Positions 31,262-40,752 of a stretch of DNA of 64,000 bases are shown in pieces (position 1 is the first letter of the stretch; each line of letters starts with the position of its first letter). Source of the stretch: Candidatus Latescibacterota bacterium (GTDB taxonomy: Bacteria > Latescibacterota > UBA2968 > UBA8231); the NCBI GenBank assembly GCA_963422735.1, contig OY730476.1, positions 2,880,001 through 2,944,000 on the forward strand, read 5' to 3'. The translations under genes and the position numbers were made by a program. The notes beneath the pieces are model-generated. The model saw nothing but the letters and a program-made list of their open reading frames with translations, had not been told where the DNA came from and made no database searches.

Positions 31262-32272
31262 TTATTCCTCGTCATAGCGTATCCGCGGATCCAGCCAAGC
31301 GTAGAGCATGTCGGCGATGAGGTTGGCCAGCACAAAAACCGTGGCCAGCAGCAAAACCCCGCCCTGCACGGCGCGGAAGTCGCGTGCCTGCACCGCCAAA
31401 AAGAGCCAGCGACCGACCCCGGGCCAAGCGAAGATGGTCTCGGTGATAACCGCGCCCCCGAGCAGGTAGCCGAATTCGAGGGCAATGACCGTGAGCGTGG
31501 GTATAAAGGCGTTTTTTAGGGCGTGGCGCACAATCACCACCCGCTGCCGCAGACCCTTGGCCCAAGCCGTGCGGATGTAATCCTCGCCGAGGACGTCGAG
31601 CAAGCTAGCGCGGGTCATGCGCGCAATGACGGCCATGGGAATGGTCCCCAAGGTCAGGGCTGGCAAAAAAAGATGCCACAGCACGTCGCCGCAGGCCGCG
31701 AAATCGCCCTGCGCGAGGGCGTCGATTGCGTAGAAATAGGTGATCGGCTCAAAGTAGATATGTGTGCTCAAGCGGCCGGACACTGGAAAGAGCGGCACGT
31801 AAAAGGCCAACAGCAACACCAGCATCAGGGCCAACCAAAATACGGGAATGGAAATGCCGGCCGTGGCCAAGATCATGCTGAGGAGATCGGCGATCTTGCC
31901 CCGCCGCACCGCGGCCCACAGTCCGGCCGAGATGCCGACTGTCATGGCCAGCAGCATACTGGCCACGGTTAGCTCGCAGGTGGCCGGGAAGCGCTGGACG
32001 AGTTCGGTGGTGATTTTCTCGTGGGTGCGAATCGAGCGGCCGAGATCGCCGCGCAACAGGCCGGTGAAGAAGCGGTAGAACTGCACGTGAAAAGGCTGGT
32101 CGAGGCCCATGGTCGCCCGCAACTCGGCCAAGCTCTCGGCATTGGCGCGCTCCCCGAGCATGACTTGGGCCGGATCTCCTGGCACCAAGTAGAGCATCAA
32201 AAAAACCAAAAGCGAAATACCCGCCAGCGTCGGCAAGAGCGCAATGAGCCGCCTGAGGACGAAGCGGTACAT
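31262..32272 (-). CDS. dppB: Peptide ABC transporter permease (DppB/OppB family)
   Basis: PGDPA, GDLGRS, DYIRTAWAKGL, ITETIFAWPGVG, LDPRIRY. Confidence 0.93.
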   Translation of the reverse strand: MYRFVLRRLIALLPTLAGISLLVFLMLYLVPGDPAQVMLGERANAESLAELRATMGLDQPFHVQFYRFFTGLLRGDLGRSIRTHEKITTELVQRFPATCELTVASMLLAMTVGISAGLWAAVRRGKIADLLSMILATAGISIPVFWLALMLVLLLAFYVPLFPVSGRLSTHIYFEPITYFYAIDALAQGDFAACGDVLWHLFLPALTLGTIPMAVIARMTRASLLDVLGEDYIRTAWAKGLRQRVVIVRHALKNAFIPTLTVIALEFGYLLGGAVITETIFAWPGVGRWLFLAVQARDFRAVQGGVLLLATVFVLANLIADMLYAWLDPRIRYDEE

Positions 32273-32275
32273 GGC

Positions 32276-33835
32276 TCAAGGGGCCAGCGCGGTGCTGTGG
32301 AACCACTTGCTGCCGGTTGGATGCAGCTTGAAGCCAGTGACGCGGCGCTGGAAAGCCACCGTCTGCGTCGCGTGTACTAGGGGGACCCAAGGCGCGTCGC
32401 GGTGGACGATTTCCTGCGCTCGGGCGTAGAGCCGCGTACGCTCGCCGCGGTCGGTGGAGCGACGGGCCGCGACGAGGGCGTCGTGCAGCTCGGCACTGCG
32501 GTAGAAGGAGATATTCTGGGCGGGCTTGACTGCCGCGGTTGAGTCGAGGAGTACGTAGAGGAAGTTGTCCGGGTCGCCGTTGTCGCCGGTCCAGCCCAAC
32601 AAGGCCATCTGGTGCTGGCCGTCGAACACCTTGTCCAAGTACGTCCCCCATTCCCAAGACACAATGCGGGCGCGGATGCCCACCTTTTCAAGGTCGGCCT
32701 GAATCGCCTCGGCGATCTTGCCGGGCTGCGGCATATAGGGCCGTGGCACTGGCATGGCCCACAGTTCGGTCTCAAAGCCGTCGGCATAGCCGGCTTCCGC
32801 CAGCAAGGCCCGCGCTTGCGCCGGATCATAGCCATAGCCCGCAATGGTGTCGTTGTAGCTCCACAGGGTCGGCGGGATGGGGTTTCTGGCCGGCATGGCC
32901 AATCCCTTGTAGAAATTATCCACGAGGGCCTGCTTATCCACAGCGTGGTTTACGGCTCGGCGCACCCGCACATCGTCGAAGGGCTTCTTGTCCGTATGCA
33001 TGGCCAAGTAGCCGATGTTCAGGCCCGCCTGCGTCAAGAGGTGGAGGTTAGGGTCGGCGCGGATCGGCTCAATGTACTCAGGGCTGAGGTTGTCGAAGCC
33101 GTGGATCGTGCCCTGTGAAAGCTCCAAGAAGCGCACCGAGGCTTCCTGAATGGGCTTGAAAATTAGGCGGTTGATCTGGGGCTTTGGCCCCCAGTAATCG
33201 CGGTTGCGCTCCAAGACGATGCGCTCGTCCTTGCGCCATTCGACAAAGCGAAAGGGGCCGGTGCCGACCGGATTTTTGAAGTAATCGCGGCCGTAGCGGG
33301 CCACCGCAGTGGGGCTGATGGCCGCACAGAAGTTCATCGCCAAATTCGCCAAGAAGGGGGCATGAGGCTCTTTGAGACGGATGACAAAGGTCGAGTCGTC
33401 TGGGGCCTCTAGCGCGGCGACGATGTCGTCCATGCCCATGGCCTGCCAGTACTTGTACGCGCCAGCGACTTTGTGGAAGGGATGGTCTTTGTACAACTGC
33501 CGCCCGAGCGAAAACAGCATGGCCTCGGCATTAAAAGGGGTGCCGTCGTGGAAGCGGACCCCGGTACGCAAGTGAAAGGTCCACGTGAGTTGATCGTCCG
33601 CGATGTCCCAAGAATGCGCTAGCTGCGGCACGACGGCCGTGCTCGCGCTGTCGTAGGTCACCAACGTCTCGTAGATGTTGTCGCAGACCTTGAACGATTC
33701 GCCGTCGTTTTCAATCCCCGGATCCAACCCGATTGAATCCGAGCCGCGGCCAAAGACCAGCGTCTGCTGTGTGCGTTCCTCTCGGCCGCAGCAGACGAGC
33801 AGGGCGACGAGCAGGAGGGCGACAAAACGCTGCAA
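32276..33835 (-). CDS. dppA: Peptide ABC transporter substrate-binding lipoprotein (DppA, family 5)
   Basis: TTG start with GAGGA RBS and LVCCG lipobox; FHLRTGVRFHDGTPFNA, PVGTGPF, MPVPRPY, GWTGDNGDPDNFL. Confidence 0.92.
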   Translation of the reverse strand: MQRFVALLLVALLVCCGREERTQQTLVFGRGSDSIGLDPGIENDGESFKVCDNIYETLVTYDSASTAVVPQLAHSWDIADDQLTWTFHLRTGVRFHDGTPFNAEAMLFSLGRQLYKDHPFHKVAGAYKYWQAMGMDDIVAALEAPDDSTFVIRLKEPHAPFLANLAMNFCAAISPTAVARYGRDYFKNPVGTGPFRFVEWRKDERIVLERNRDYWGPKPQINRLIFKPIQEASVRFLELSQGTIHGFDNLSPEYIEPIRADPNLHLLTQAGLNIGYLAMHTDKKPFDDVRVRRAVNHAVDKQALVDNFYKGLAMPARNPIPPTLWSYNDTIAGYGYDPAQARALLAEAGYADGFETELWAMPVPRPYMPQPGKIAEAIQADLEKVGIRARIVSWEWGTYLDKVFDGQHQMALLGWTGDNGDPDNFLYVLLDSTAAVKPAQNISFYRSAELHDALVAARRSTDRGERTRLYARAQEIVHRDAPWVPLVHATQTVAFQRRVTGFKLHPTGSKWFHSTALAP

Positions 33836-33836
33836 C

Positions 33837-34826
33837 CTAGTCCTCAAACGCCGCGTCAAAGGCAATGTCCGAGGGAGGGAAATCGACCTGCTTGACGAAG
33901 GCGGCCGCTTCGGTCGCGCCATGGACGCGATCCATGCCGCTGTCTTCCCATTCGACCGACAGCGGCCCTTGGTAATTGATGCGGTTGAGGGCGCGAATGA
34001 TTTCCTCGAAGTCGATATTGCCACGGCCCAACGAGCGGAAGTCCCAGTAGCGCCGGCGGTCGCCAAACTCGGTGTGCCCGCCGAAGACACCGGCGTCGGT
34101 CGGCGTCGCAGACCAGCCTACATCCTTCATGTGGACGTGGAAGATGCGGTCGCTGAATCGGTAGATAAACTCGACGTAGTCCACGCCTTGGTAGCCGAGG
34201 TGGCTGGGGTCGTAATTGAAGCCAAAGGCCGGGTGGCCGTCGAGTGCTTGGATGGCGCACTCAGCCGAGGCGATATCAAAGGCGATTTCAGTAGGGTGTA
34301 CCTCTAGTGCGAACTTGACGCCGAGCGCTTGGTATTGGTCGAGTATGGGTTTCCAACGCGCAGCAAAATCCGCGTAGCCCGCCTCGATCATGTCGGGGGA
34401 TACCGGCGGAAATGAATAAAGCAATGACCAGATCGAGGAGCCGGTAAAGCCGTTGACCACGTCAACCCCGAGCCGGGCGGCCGCTTGACCCGTGGCGATC
34501 ATCTTTGCGGCCGCGCGCTGGCGCACGCCTTCTGGGCTGCCGTCGCCGAAGATGCGCGGCGGCAAGATGGCCTGATGACGGCTGTCGATAGCGTCGCACA
34601 CTGCTTGGCCGACGAGGTGATTGGAAATGGAAAACAGCGAGAGATCGTATTTTGCGAGCAGTTCGCGCTTGGCCTGGCAATAGGCATCTGTGGCTTGGTC
34701 AACCTCAAAGTGGTCTCCCCAGCAGGCCAGTTCCAGGCCCTCGTAGCCGAATTCAACGGCCTGTTGGCAGAGGGTCTCGATGGGCAGGTCGGCCCACTGG
34801 CCAGTAAAGAGGGTGACGGGTCGCAT
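33837..34826 (-). CDS. Sugar phosphate isomerase/epimerase (xylose isomerase-like TIM barrel)
   Basis: [41 protein letters not shown]. Confidence 0.92.
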   Translation of the reverse strand: MRPVTLFTGQWADLPIETLCQQAVEFGYEGLELACWGDHFEVDQATDAYCQAKRELLAKYDLSLFSISNHLVGQAVCDAIDSRHQAILPPRIFGDGSPEGVRQRAAAKMIATGQAAARLGVDVVNGFTGSSIWSLLYSFPPVSPDMIEAGYADFAARWKPILDQYQALGVKFALEVHPTEIAFDIASAECAIQALDGHPAFGFNYDPSHLGYQGVDYVEFIYRFSDRIFHVHMKDVGWSATPTDAGVFGGHTEFGDRRRYWDFRSLGRGNIDFEEIIRALNRINYQGPLSVEWEDSGMDRVHGATEAAAFVKQVDFPPSDIAFDAAFED

Positions 34827-34903
34827 TGCAGTTGCTCCTTGTTGGTGTTTGTATGCGAGGGAGTATATACGCCGGTCGCTGCCGGGGTGTCAAGGCCAGG
34901 CCG

Positions 34904-35656
34904 CTAACGGCCGAGCGATTTTTCTCGCCGGAGGTCAATGTCAAAAATGCGCAGATAGCGGCCCTGAAACTCGCCGATGACCTCGGGAATCAAATCCTCG
35001 TCGAGATCGAGCAGACCCATGCGCTCGCCAAACGGCTCGGGCGACTGCCACTCCAAGTCGAAGAAGCGGGCGTCGAACACGTAGCCGTCGTTGAGCACGA
35101 TCTCGTCTTCGTCGTCCCCATCTACGTCGCCGATGAGGATCTGATGGGCCGTTAGGTCGGTCTGGTCGCTGCGCCACTGCTCGTACTGGTCGCGACCGTC
35201 GTACACGATTAAGCGGCCATCGGCACAGAACACGAGCTCGGGCTGGGGGTCGTTGTCAATGTCGCAGATGGTCAGGCTGGTAATGCGGGTGTATTCATTG
35301 GGCGAGTTGCTCCACAGGAGCGCATAGTCCTGAGAGTCGAAGTAATACACACGGCCATGGTTGGTATAGGCGACGATCTCGTCGAGTTGGTCATCGTTGA
35401 TGTCGAGGACGAACACGCCGGCCACGGCCCCTTCGAGATAGTCGCTATCCCACACCTCAGTATAGGTGCGGTCGCGCGCTTCATAGACGTGGATCCGGCC
35501 GTCGTTGTCGCCGAGCACGAGGCGGGCTGGGCCTTCACCTGCGGGCAGGTGCTGGATATTGTCGAATTCGTCTAGGTCGCCGCTATAAGCTGGCCATTCC
35601 GCGGCTTGGCTCGACAGCGGAGCCAGCCATAACGCGCATACGATCAACCGCAACAT
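34904..35656 (-). CDS. Secreted FG-GAP/VCBS-like repeat protein
   Basis: Signal peptide; repeated DINDDQLDEI, DIDNDPQPEL, DVDGDDEDEI, DLDEDLIPEV. Confidence 0.75.
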   Translation of the reverse strand: MLRLIVCALWLAPLSSQAAEWPAYSGDLDEFDNIQHLPAGEGPARLVLGDNDGRIHVYEARDRTYTEVWDSDYLEGAVAGVFVLDINDDQLDEIVAYTNHGRVYYFDSQDYALLWSNSPNEYTRITSLTICDIDNDPQPELVFCADGRLIVYDGRDQYEQWRSDQTDLTAHQILIGDVDGDDEDEIVLNDGYVFDARFFDLEWQSPEPFGERMGLLDLDEDLIPEVIGEFQGRYLRIFDIDLRREKSLGR

Positions 35657-35663
35657 GATGGGA

Positions 35664-36869
35664 TTACTCCTTGGTGGCGGCCGCGCGAGCGGCCTCATAT
35701 ACGGAGAGCAAGGGCACTTGGTGCTCTTGGGCTAGCCGAGCGCAGTCCTCGTATTCAGGGGCGGCGCGGCGGCGTCCGTCTATACAGCTAAACTTGACGC
35801 CAACCTCCCCGTACGACGTGGCAACGGCGCGGGTCTGGCGTTCCAAGATGCGGCGTTCCACTCCGTAGTAGCGAAGGCCAATGGTAGTCGTCTCTCGCAG
35901 GACGATCGCGGCTAGCTCGTCCAAGCGGCCCGCTGGAGCGAGGACGCTGAGGACGTTGCCTGGGCGGCCCTTCTTCATGAGGACCGGCGTGGCGTACACG
36001 TCGCAGGCGCCCTGCTCTAGCAGCTGGTCGAATAGGTAGCCGTACACTTCTGGATTCATGTCGTCGATATTGGCTTCGATCAGCAAGACGCGCTCGCTGG
36101 TCGGCGCACACTCGCCCAAGCGCAGACGCAATAGATTGGGGATAGCGTCTAAGTCGCGGCGGCCCGCGCCATAGCCGACGGCCTGCTGGCAGAAGGGCGG
36201 CTGCGGCCCAAAGGAACGAGCCAAGGAGGTGATAATCGCCGCCCCGGTCGGGGTAACGAGTTCGGCGCGGATATCGGTCTGTTCGGTCGGCACGTCGCGG
36301 CAGAGGGCCAAGACCCCAGGCACCGGCACCGGGTAACGCCCGTGCGCACAGCGCACAAAACCCGTGCCAAAGCGCAGAGGCGAAGCGCAGACCTCGTCCA
36401 CCTCCAAAAGCTGGAGGCCGGCCACAGCCCCTACTACGTCTATCAGGGCGTCGAGGGCACCCACTTCGTGCAGGGCGACTTCGGCGGGCGCGGCGTTGTG
36501 TACCTCGGCTTCGGCTGCACACAGGCGATCAAATACGCGGATGGAGCGTTCCTTGACGACGCCATCTAAGCAGCTATCGGCAATGCGGCTGGTTATATCC
36601 TTGAGGTGGGCGTGGACGTGCGTGTACTCGCCAGACAGGTCGAGATGGTGCTCGGCGTCGGCCAAAGGCGCACCAGCCACGCAGACCTTGGCGCGGGTGG
36701 CGGCAATGGCGTGCCGGGCGGTGGATTCGCGCTCAATAGCGACGTCCTGTACGCCCAGCTTGGCGATTTCTCGGTTGAGGTCCTCTAGCGCGAGACCAGC
36801 GTCGAGCAGGGCACCCAAGATCATGTCGCCGCTGATCCCCGAGAAGCAGTCGAAATAGGCGATTTTCAT
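35664..36869 (-). CDS. larC: Nickel-pincer cofactor biosynthesis protein LarC
   Basis: YFDCFSGISGDM.LGAL; His-rich linker; HEVGA.D; ELVTPTGAA; EANIDDM.PE; MKKGRPG; ETTTIG; PEYED. Confidence 0.95.
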   Translation of the reverse strand: MKIAYFDCFSGISGDMILGALLDAGLALEDLNREIAKLGVQDVAIERESTARHAIAATRAKVCVAGAPLADAEHHLDLSGEYTHVHAHLKDITSRIADSCLDGVVKERSIRVFDRLCAAEAEVHNAAPAEVALHEVGALDALIDVVGAVAGLQLLEVDEVCASPLRFGTGFVRCAHGRYPVPVPGVLALCRDVPTEQTDIRAELVTPTGAAIITSLARSFGPQPPFCQQAVGYGAGRRDLDAIPNLLRLRLGECAPTSERVLLIEANIDDMNPEVYGYLFDQLLEQGACDVYATPVLMKKGRPGNVLSVLAPAGRLDELAAIVLRETTTIGLRYYGVERRILERQTRAVATSYGEVGVKFSCIDGRRRAAPEYEDCARLAQEHQVPLLSVYEAARAAATKE

Positions 36870-36884
36870 CTTCGCGTCCCGCGC

Positions 36885-37286
36885 TCAGGGCAGGTGCTTG
36901 AGGTCGGCCTTGCGCTTCTTCCAGTCGAATTCTTCGGCAAAGTCGTACACATCGACGAAATCTTCAATCCGGTCCTCGTCTGTTTTGCGCAGCAAATTCG
37001 CGCCGACCAAGTTGAAGACAATCTCGCCGAAATCGCGCGTTTGCTCAATGCCCCAGTGGGCAAAGACCGAACAGGTGAGCGGCCCAAATTGATCGGCGCT
37101 GTACTCGCTGATGCCAAAGAGCAGATCCCGGCCGGAAATGTGCCGCTTCTCTTCGGTCAAGGCGTCCTTGCCGAGCTTTTGCACCGTGTATTCTAGCGCA
37201 TCGTACACAAAGAGATACGCATCGCTCTTATAGCGACCGTCGCGCTCGGCCAGATTTTCGATTTCTTGTAGCGATTTTGATCCCAT
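36885..37286 (-). CDS. Minf_1886-like conserved hypothetical protein (family common in PVC bacteria)
   Basis: AYLFV..AL, RHISG.DLL, QFGPL...VF.HWGI..T.DFGEIVFNLV, EDF..VYDF. Confidence 0.75.
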   Translation of the reverse strand: MGSKSLQEIENLAERDGRYKSDAYLFVYDALEYTVQKLGKDALTEEKRHISGRDLLFGISEYSADQFGPLTCSVFAHWGIEQTRDFGEIVFNLVGANLLRKTDEDRIEDFVDVYDFAEEFDWKKRKADLKHLP

Positions 37287-37304
37287 GACAACGGCCAATA
37301 CAAA

Positions 37305-38636
37305 CTAGGGCAGTGCGGATGTCAAGGGGTCGGAGGCGAGACGCCAAGTGCGCGGGTCAAGCGCGAGGATGTGCAAGAGCGCGTCGCGCCTGTGGACGAA
37401 GTCAGGCAACAGGTCGTCGGCTAGGGTTGGGACGACATTGCCTGTGTTGATGTGTTCGGGATTGATGTGTTGATCGTCCTTGATGATTTCGTAGTGCAGG
37501 TGGGGGCCGGTCGCAAGGCCAGTGGTACCCACTTTGCCGATGATCTCTTTTTGCTGTACGAGCTGACCCTTGCGAACCAATATCTTGCTCAGGTGTGCGT
37601 AGCGGGTGCGGTAGCCATTGGAATGAACGATTTCGACTAACTTGCCGTAGCTGCCTTTCCAGCCGGCGTACGCGACCTGCCCTCGGGCCGTAGTCCACAC
37701 TGGGGTGCCGGTCGGCGCACCGTAGTCCGTGCCCAGATGGGGGCGTTGCTTTTTGTGGATGGGATGGAAGCGTTGGCGGTTGAAGCGCGAGGTGATGCGA
37801 TTGACCCTGAGGGGCTTGAGTACGAACATTCGGCCGAGGGAGCGACCACTGGCGTTGTAATAGGCGTCCTCCCTCTCGGCGGAAGCATAGCGGACCGCCA
37901 ACTCGGTCACTCGTTCACCTTCGTACTGCGCCAAAAGGACGTGGCCGTAGCGGACGAAGCGCCCGTCCATGTAGAGCTTTTCAAAGACGGTTCCCAGACG
38001 ATCGCCGCGGCGCGGGTCGCGCTGAAAATCGATGACTGCGCCAAATATGTCATCGACGAGCAAGTCGCTGAGCGCACTGCCCTCCCCGGCTGCGCTGATG
38101 GCGTTGGAGAGATTGTCCTTGATGTACACTTCGAGCCGCTCGACCCGTCGCTCCAGCGGCAACTGCAACTGACGGCCAACGAACTGGCCATCGCGCAGCT
38201 TTACCTCGATCGGACGATCCGGGGTGCGGCGGGGCGTGTAGCGGAAGCGGTGAATGACGCCACTGGTGTCGATTACGACCTCGTAGTAGTCGCCCGGCTT
38301 GGCTTGCGCGGGGTCAAAAACCGCGTACAAGGCTTGGTACAGTAGCTCCAGTTGGTGGTTCGGGACGCGATGGTACTTGAGCGAACGATCAATGGAATCC
38401 CCGCGACTCAGAGCGGCGGCAATTGTCCGCGTGGGATTGTCGGGCCGGGGCGCAAGCCGGGGGCCGACAAAGGGCGACTCCACAACTGCGGCCGACGCGG
38501 CCGGAGCAAGGGCTACTTCCCCGAGTTGGGCGACAGCGGCCGCCGAGTGCTGAGAGGACATCCCCAAGCGCAGCGCCATAAACGCGAGGGTACTCAAAAG
38601 GATGCCCCAGAACCAGATGGCAAATCCGAATCGCAT
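37305..38636 (-). CDS. M23 family metallopeptidase (MepM-like)
   Basis: RITSRF, HLGTDY, TRYAHL, GLATGPHLHYE; N-terminal TM segment. Start uncertain. Confidence 0.9.
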   Translation of the reverse strand: MRFGFAIWFWGILLSTLAFMALRLGMSSQHSAAAVAQLGEVALAPAASAAVVESPFVGPRLAPRPDNPTRTIAAALSRGDSIDRSLKYHRVPNHQLELLYQALYAVFDPAQAKPGDYYEVVIDTSGVIHRFRYTPRRTPDRPIEVKLRDGQFVGRQLQLPLERRVERLEVYIKDNLSNAISAAGEGSALSDLLVDDIFGAVIDFQRDPRRGDRLGTVFEKLYMDGRFVRYGHVLLAQYEGERVTELAVRYASAEREDAYYNASGRSLGRMFVLKPLRVNRITSRFNRQRFHPIHKKQRPHLGTDYGAPTGTPVWTTARGQVAYAGWKGSYGKLVEIVHSNGYRTRYAHLSKILVRKGQLVQQKEIIGKVGTTGLATGPHLHYEIIKDDQHINPEHINTGNVVPTLADDLLPDFVHRRDALLHILALDPRTWRLASDPLTSALP

Positions 38637-38774
38637 ATTCAATTGATGTATGGAAAGGAAAAGGGAGAAAAAGCAAAGAGCTTGACAACAGTTGGAGGAG
38701 GGGACTGTTGACCAATATCGACAAAACCTTACCATATATAATGTTACGCCATTTAAGTGTCAAGGACTTTTAAG

Positions 38775-39824
38775 ATGGATAGTCGGCTCTACGACCTGAA
38801 AGCCATGCTGCCCGACGAGCTCAATCGGCTCGTTGGCGAACTCGACGAACCAGCGTACCGCACTCGTCAGATCCTCGATTGGCTCTACGTCAAGGGCGTG
38901 CGCGACGTGTGCGAGATGACCAATATCTCCAAAACTTTGCGGGAAAAGCTGGCCGAGCGGACGCACATTACTTGCCTGAGCCTCGTCAGGTGCCAAGAGT
39001 CGGCCACGGGCGAGGTCGCCAAATTCCTCTTTGAGCTGCCCACCGGGCAGCGGATCGAGGCTGTGCTGATCGCGGATGGCACCCGGCGCACGGCCTGCCT
39101 GTCGTCGCAAGTAGGCTGCCCGCTCGACTGCAAATTTTGCGCCACCGGGCGGATGGGACTAGTAGCCAACCTCGAAGCCGGACAGATCGTCGATCAGCTC
39201 TTGCAGGTGAGCCACTTCGCCCGCGGACGAGGCGAGAAGGTGACCAATGTGGTGATGATGGGAATGGGCGAGCCACTGCTCAACTACTCGGCGGTCGTGC
39301 ATGCCCTAAAGCTGATGCGCCTAAAAGAGGGCATTGGGTTGGGGGGACGGAAAATCACCGTGTCCACCGCGGGTTACATCCCGGGCATCCGCCGGCTCAT
39401 GGCCGAAGATCTCAACGTGGGGCTGGCCATTTCGCTCAACGCCACGACCGACGAGATGCGTGAGCAGCTTATGCCGATCAACCGCAAGTACAAGATCGCC
39501 GACCTCTTGGCGGTCGCGCGCGAATTTTTCGCCTGTCGCGGCTATGGCGTCACCTTTGAATACGTGCTCATGGCCGGGTTGACCGATGCGGACGCTGACG
39601 CGCGGCGGTTGGCCGAACTGACCCGCGACATTTCCTGCAAGATCAACCTCATACCCTACAACGAAACGGATGCAGATCCCCGCTTCCGCCGGCCAGCCCG
39701 TCGGTGCCTAGAGCAGTTTTACCAAGTGCTCAGAGGCTGCGGCGTCGAATTTACTGTGCGCCAAAGCCGCGGGCGAGACATTGACGCGGCCTGCGGCCAG
39801 CTTTACCACCGCCAAACAAAATGA
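38775..39824 (+). CDS. rlmN: 23S rRNA m2A2503 / tRNA methyltransferase (radical SAM)
   Basis: CLSSQVGCPLDCKFCATG, VMMGMGEPL, INLIPYN, DIDAACGQL. Confidence 0.96.
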   Translation: MDSRLYDLKAMLPDELNRLVGELDEPAYRTRQILDWLYVKGVRDVCEMTNISKTLREKLAERTHITCLSLVRCQESATGEVAKFLFELPTGQRIEAVLIADGTRRTACLSSQVGCPLDCKFCATGRMGLVANLEAGQIVDQLLQVSHFARGRGEKVTNVVMMGMGEPLLNYSAVVHALKLMRLKEGIGLGGRKITVSTAGYIPGIRRLMAEDLNVGLAISLNATTDEMREQLMPINRKYKIADLLAVAREFFACRGYGVTFEYVLMAGLTDADADARRLAELTRDISCKINLIPYNETDADPRFRRPARRCLEQFYQVLRGCGVEFTVRQSRGRDIDAACGQLYHRQTK

Positions 39825-39834
39825 GCTTGAGATC

Positions 39835-40356
39835 GTGAACTTCAAAGGTCATGTCTTGGGAGGGGTCATCGCGGGCAGCGGCATGGCGGCCGGCGCGGTT
39901 TACTCAGGCCATGTCGCACCCGACGACCTGACGACCCAAGCCGCCGTTGGTGGTACCGCGCTGTTCTTTTCTCTCTTTCCCGACTTAGACACGGCTTCGG
40001 TAGCGCAGCGGTGGTTTTTCCGCGGCGTCTTCTGCGCCTTGCTCTATCTGGGCTGGACCGAACACTACGAGTTGGCGACTATCGTGGGCCTCTTGTGCGT
40101 CCTACCGCTTTTGGATCACCACCGCGGCTGGACGCACTGGAAGATCAGCCCGTTCATCACCGTAGGGGTGCTGGGCACGACCTACGAATACTGGCGGGCG
40201 CGGCAGGCTTTTCTGGGGGAATTTACTTGGGACAACGTACGCGTCCTGCTGGAAGGGCACTGGATTTTCTTTATTGCCGGCATCGTCGGTTGGTACACTC
40301 ATCTATTGCTAGACGGGCGCTTCAAAGTGTTCCCCATCAGCCAAGACCACCACTGA
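39835..40356 (+). CDS. Membrane metal-dependent hydrolase (YdjM-like)
   Basis: FKGH, FPDLD, HRGWTH, THLLLD with TM helices. Confidence 0.8.
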   Translation: MNFKGHVLGGVIAGSGMAAGAVYSGHVAPDDLTTQAAVGGTALFFSLFPDLDTASVAQRWFFRGVFCALLYLGWTEHYELATIVGLLCVLPLLDHHRGWTHWKISPFITVGVLGTTYEYWRARQAFLGEFTWDNVRVLLEGHWIFFIAGIVGWYTHLLLDGRFKVFPISQDHH

Positions 40357-40362
40357 GGCGGC

Positions 40363-40737
40363 TCAGTCGCACTCGGCCTTGGCGTCTTTATCTTTACTCT
40401 TGCGGACGAACTTCTTTATTTTGCCGATGGCCTCGGGCACTAGCCCGATGATCTGACTCCAACCGGCCTCCTGATCGCCGATGGACGCCACCTGCACCTT
40501 GCCGTCGGCATCGACGATGAGGAAGGCGATGGGTTCAATGTTCGCGCCGCCGCCCGTCCCGCTCTGCCCCTTGCCCTCCAGCCCTCCGCCGGCACCAAAG
40601 CCAAACGATATTTTCGATACCGGAATAATGGTCAAGTCGCCGGACTGAAACGGCTGCCCGATGACGGTTTCGGTTTGCACGATGCGGTGCAACTCGCCTA
40701 GGACGCGCTCCACTAGGGATTCTACAGACGATGCCAT
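40363..40737 (-). CDS. GerW/YtfJ family protein
   Basis: ETVIGQP...TIIPVSKISFGFGAGGG...GGGANIEPIAFLIV. Confidence 0.9.
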   Translation of the reverse strand: MASSVESLVERVLGELHRIVQTETVIGQPFQSGDLTIIPVSKISFGFGAGGGLEGKGQSGTGGGANIEPIAFLIVDADGKVQVASIGDQEAGWSQIIGLVPEAIGKIKKFVRKSKDKDAKAECD

Positions 40738-40752
40738 GAAAAGCTCCTCGGC

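Noticed and set aside
33836-34090. N-terminal extension of DppA in the ORF track
   Set aside because: It overlaps the isomerase gene; a TTG start with RBS and lipobox at 33835 fits better.
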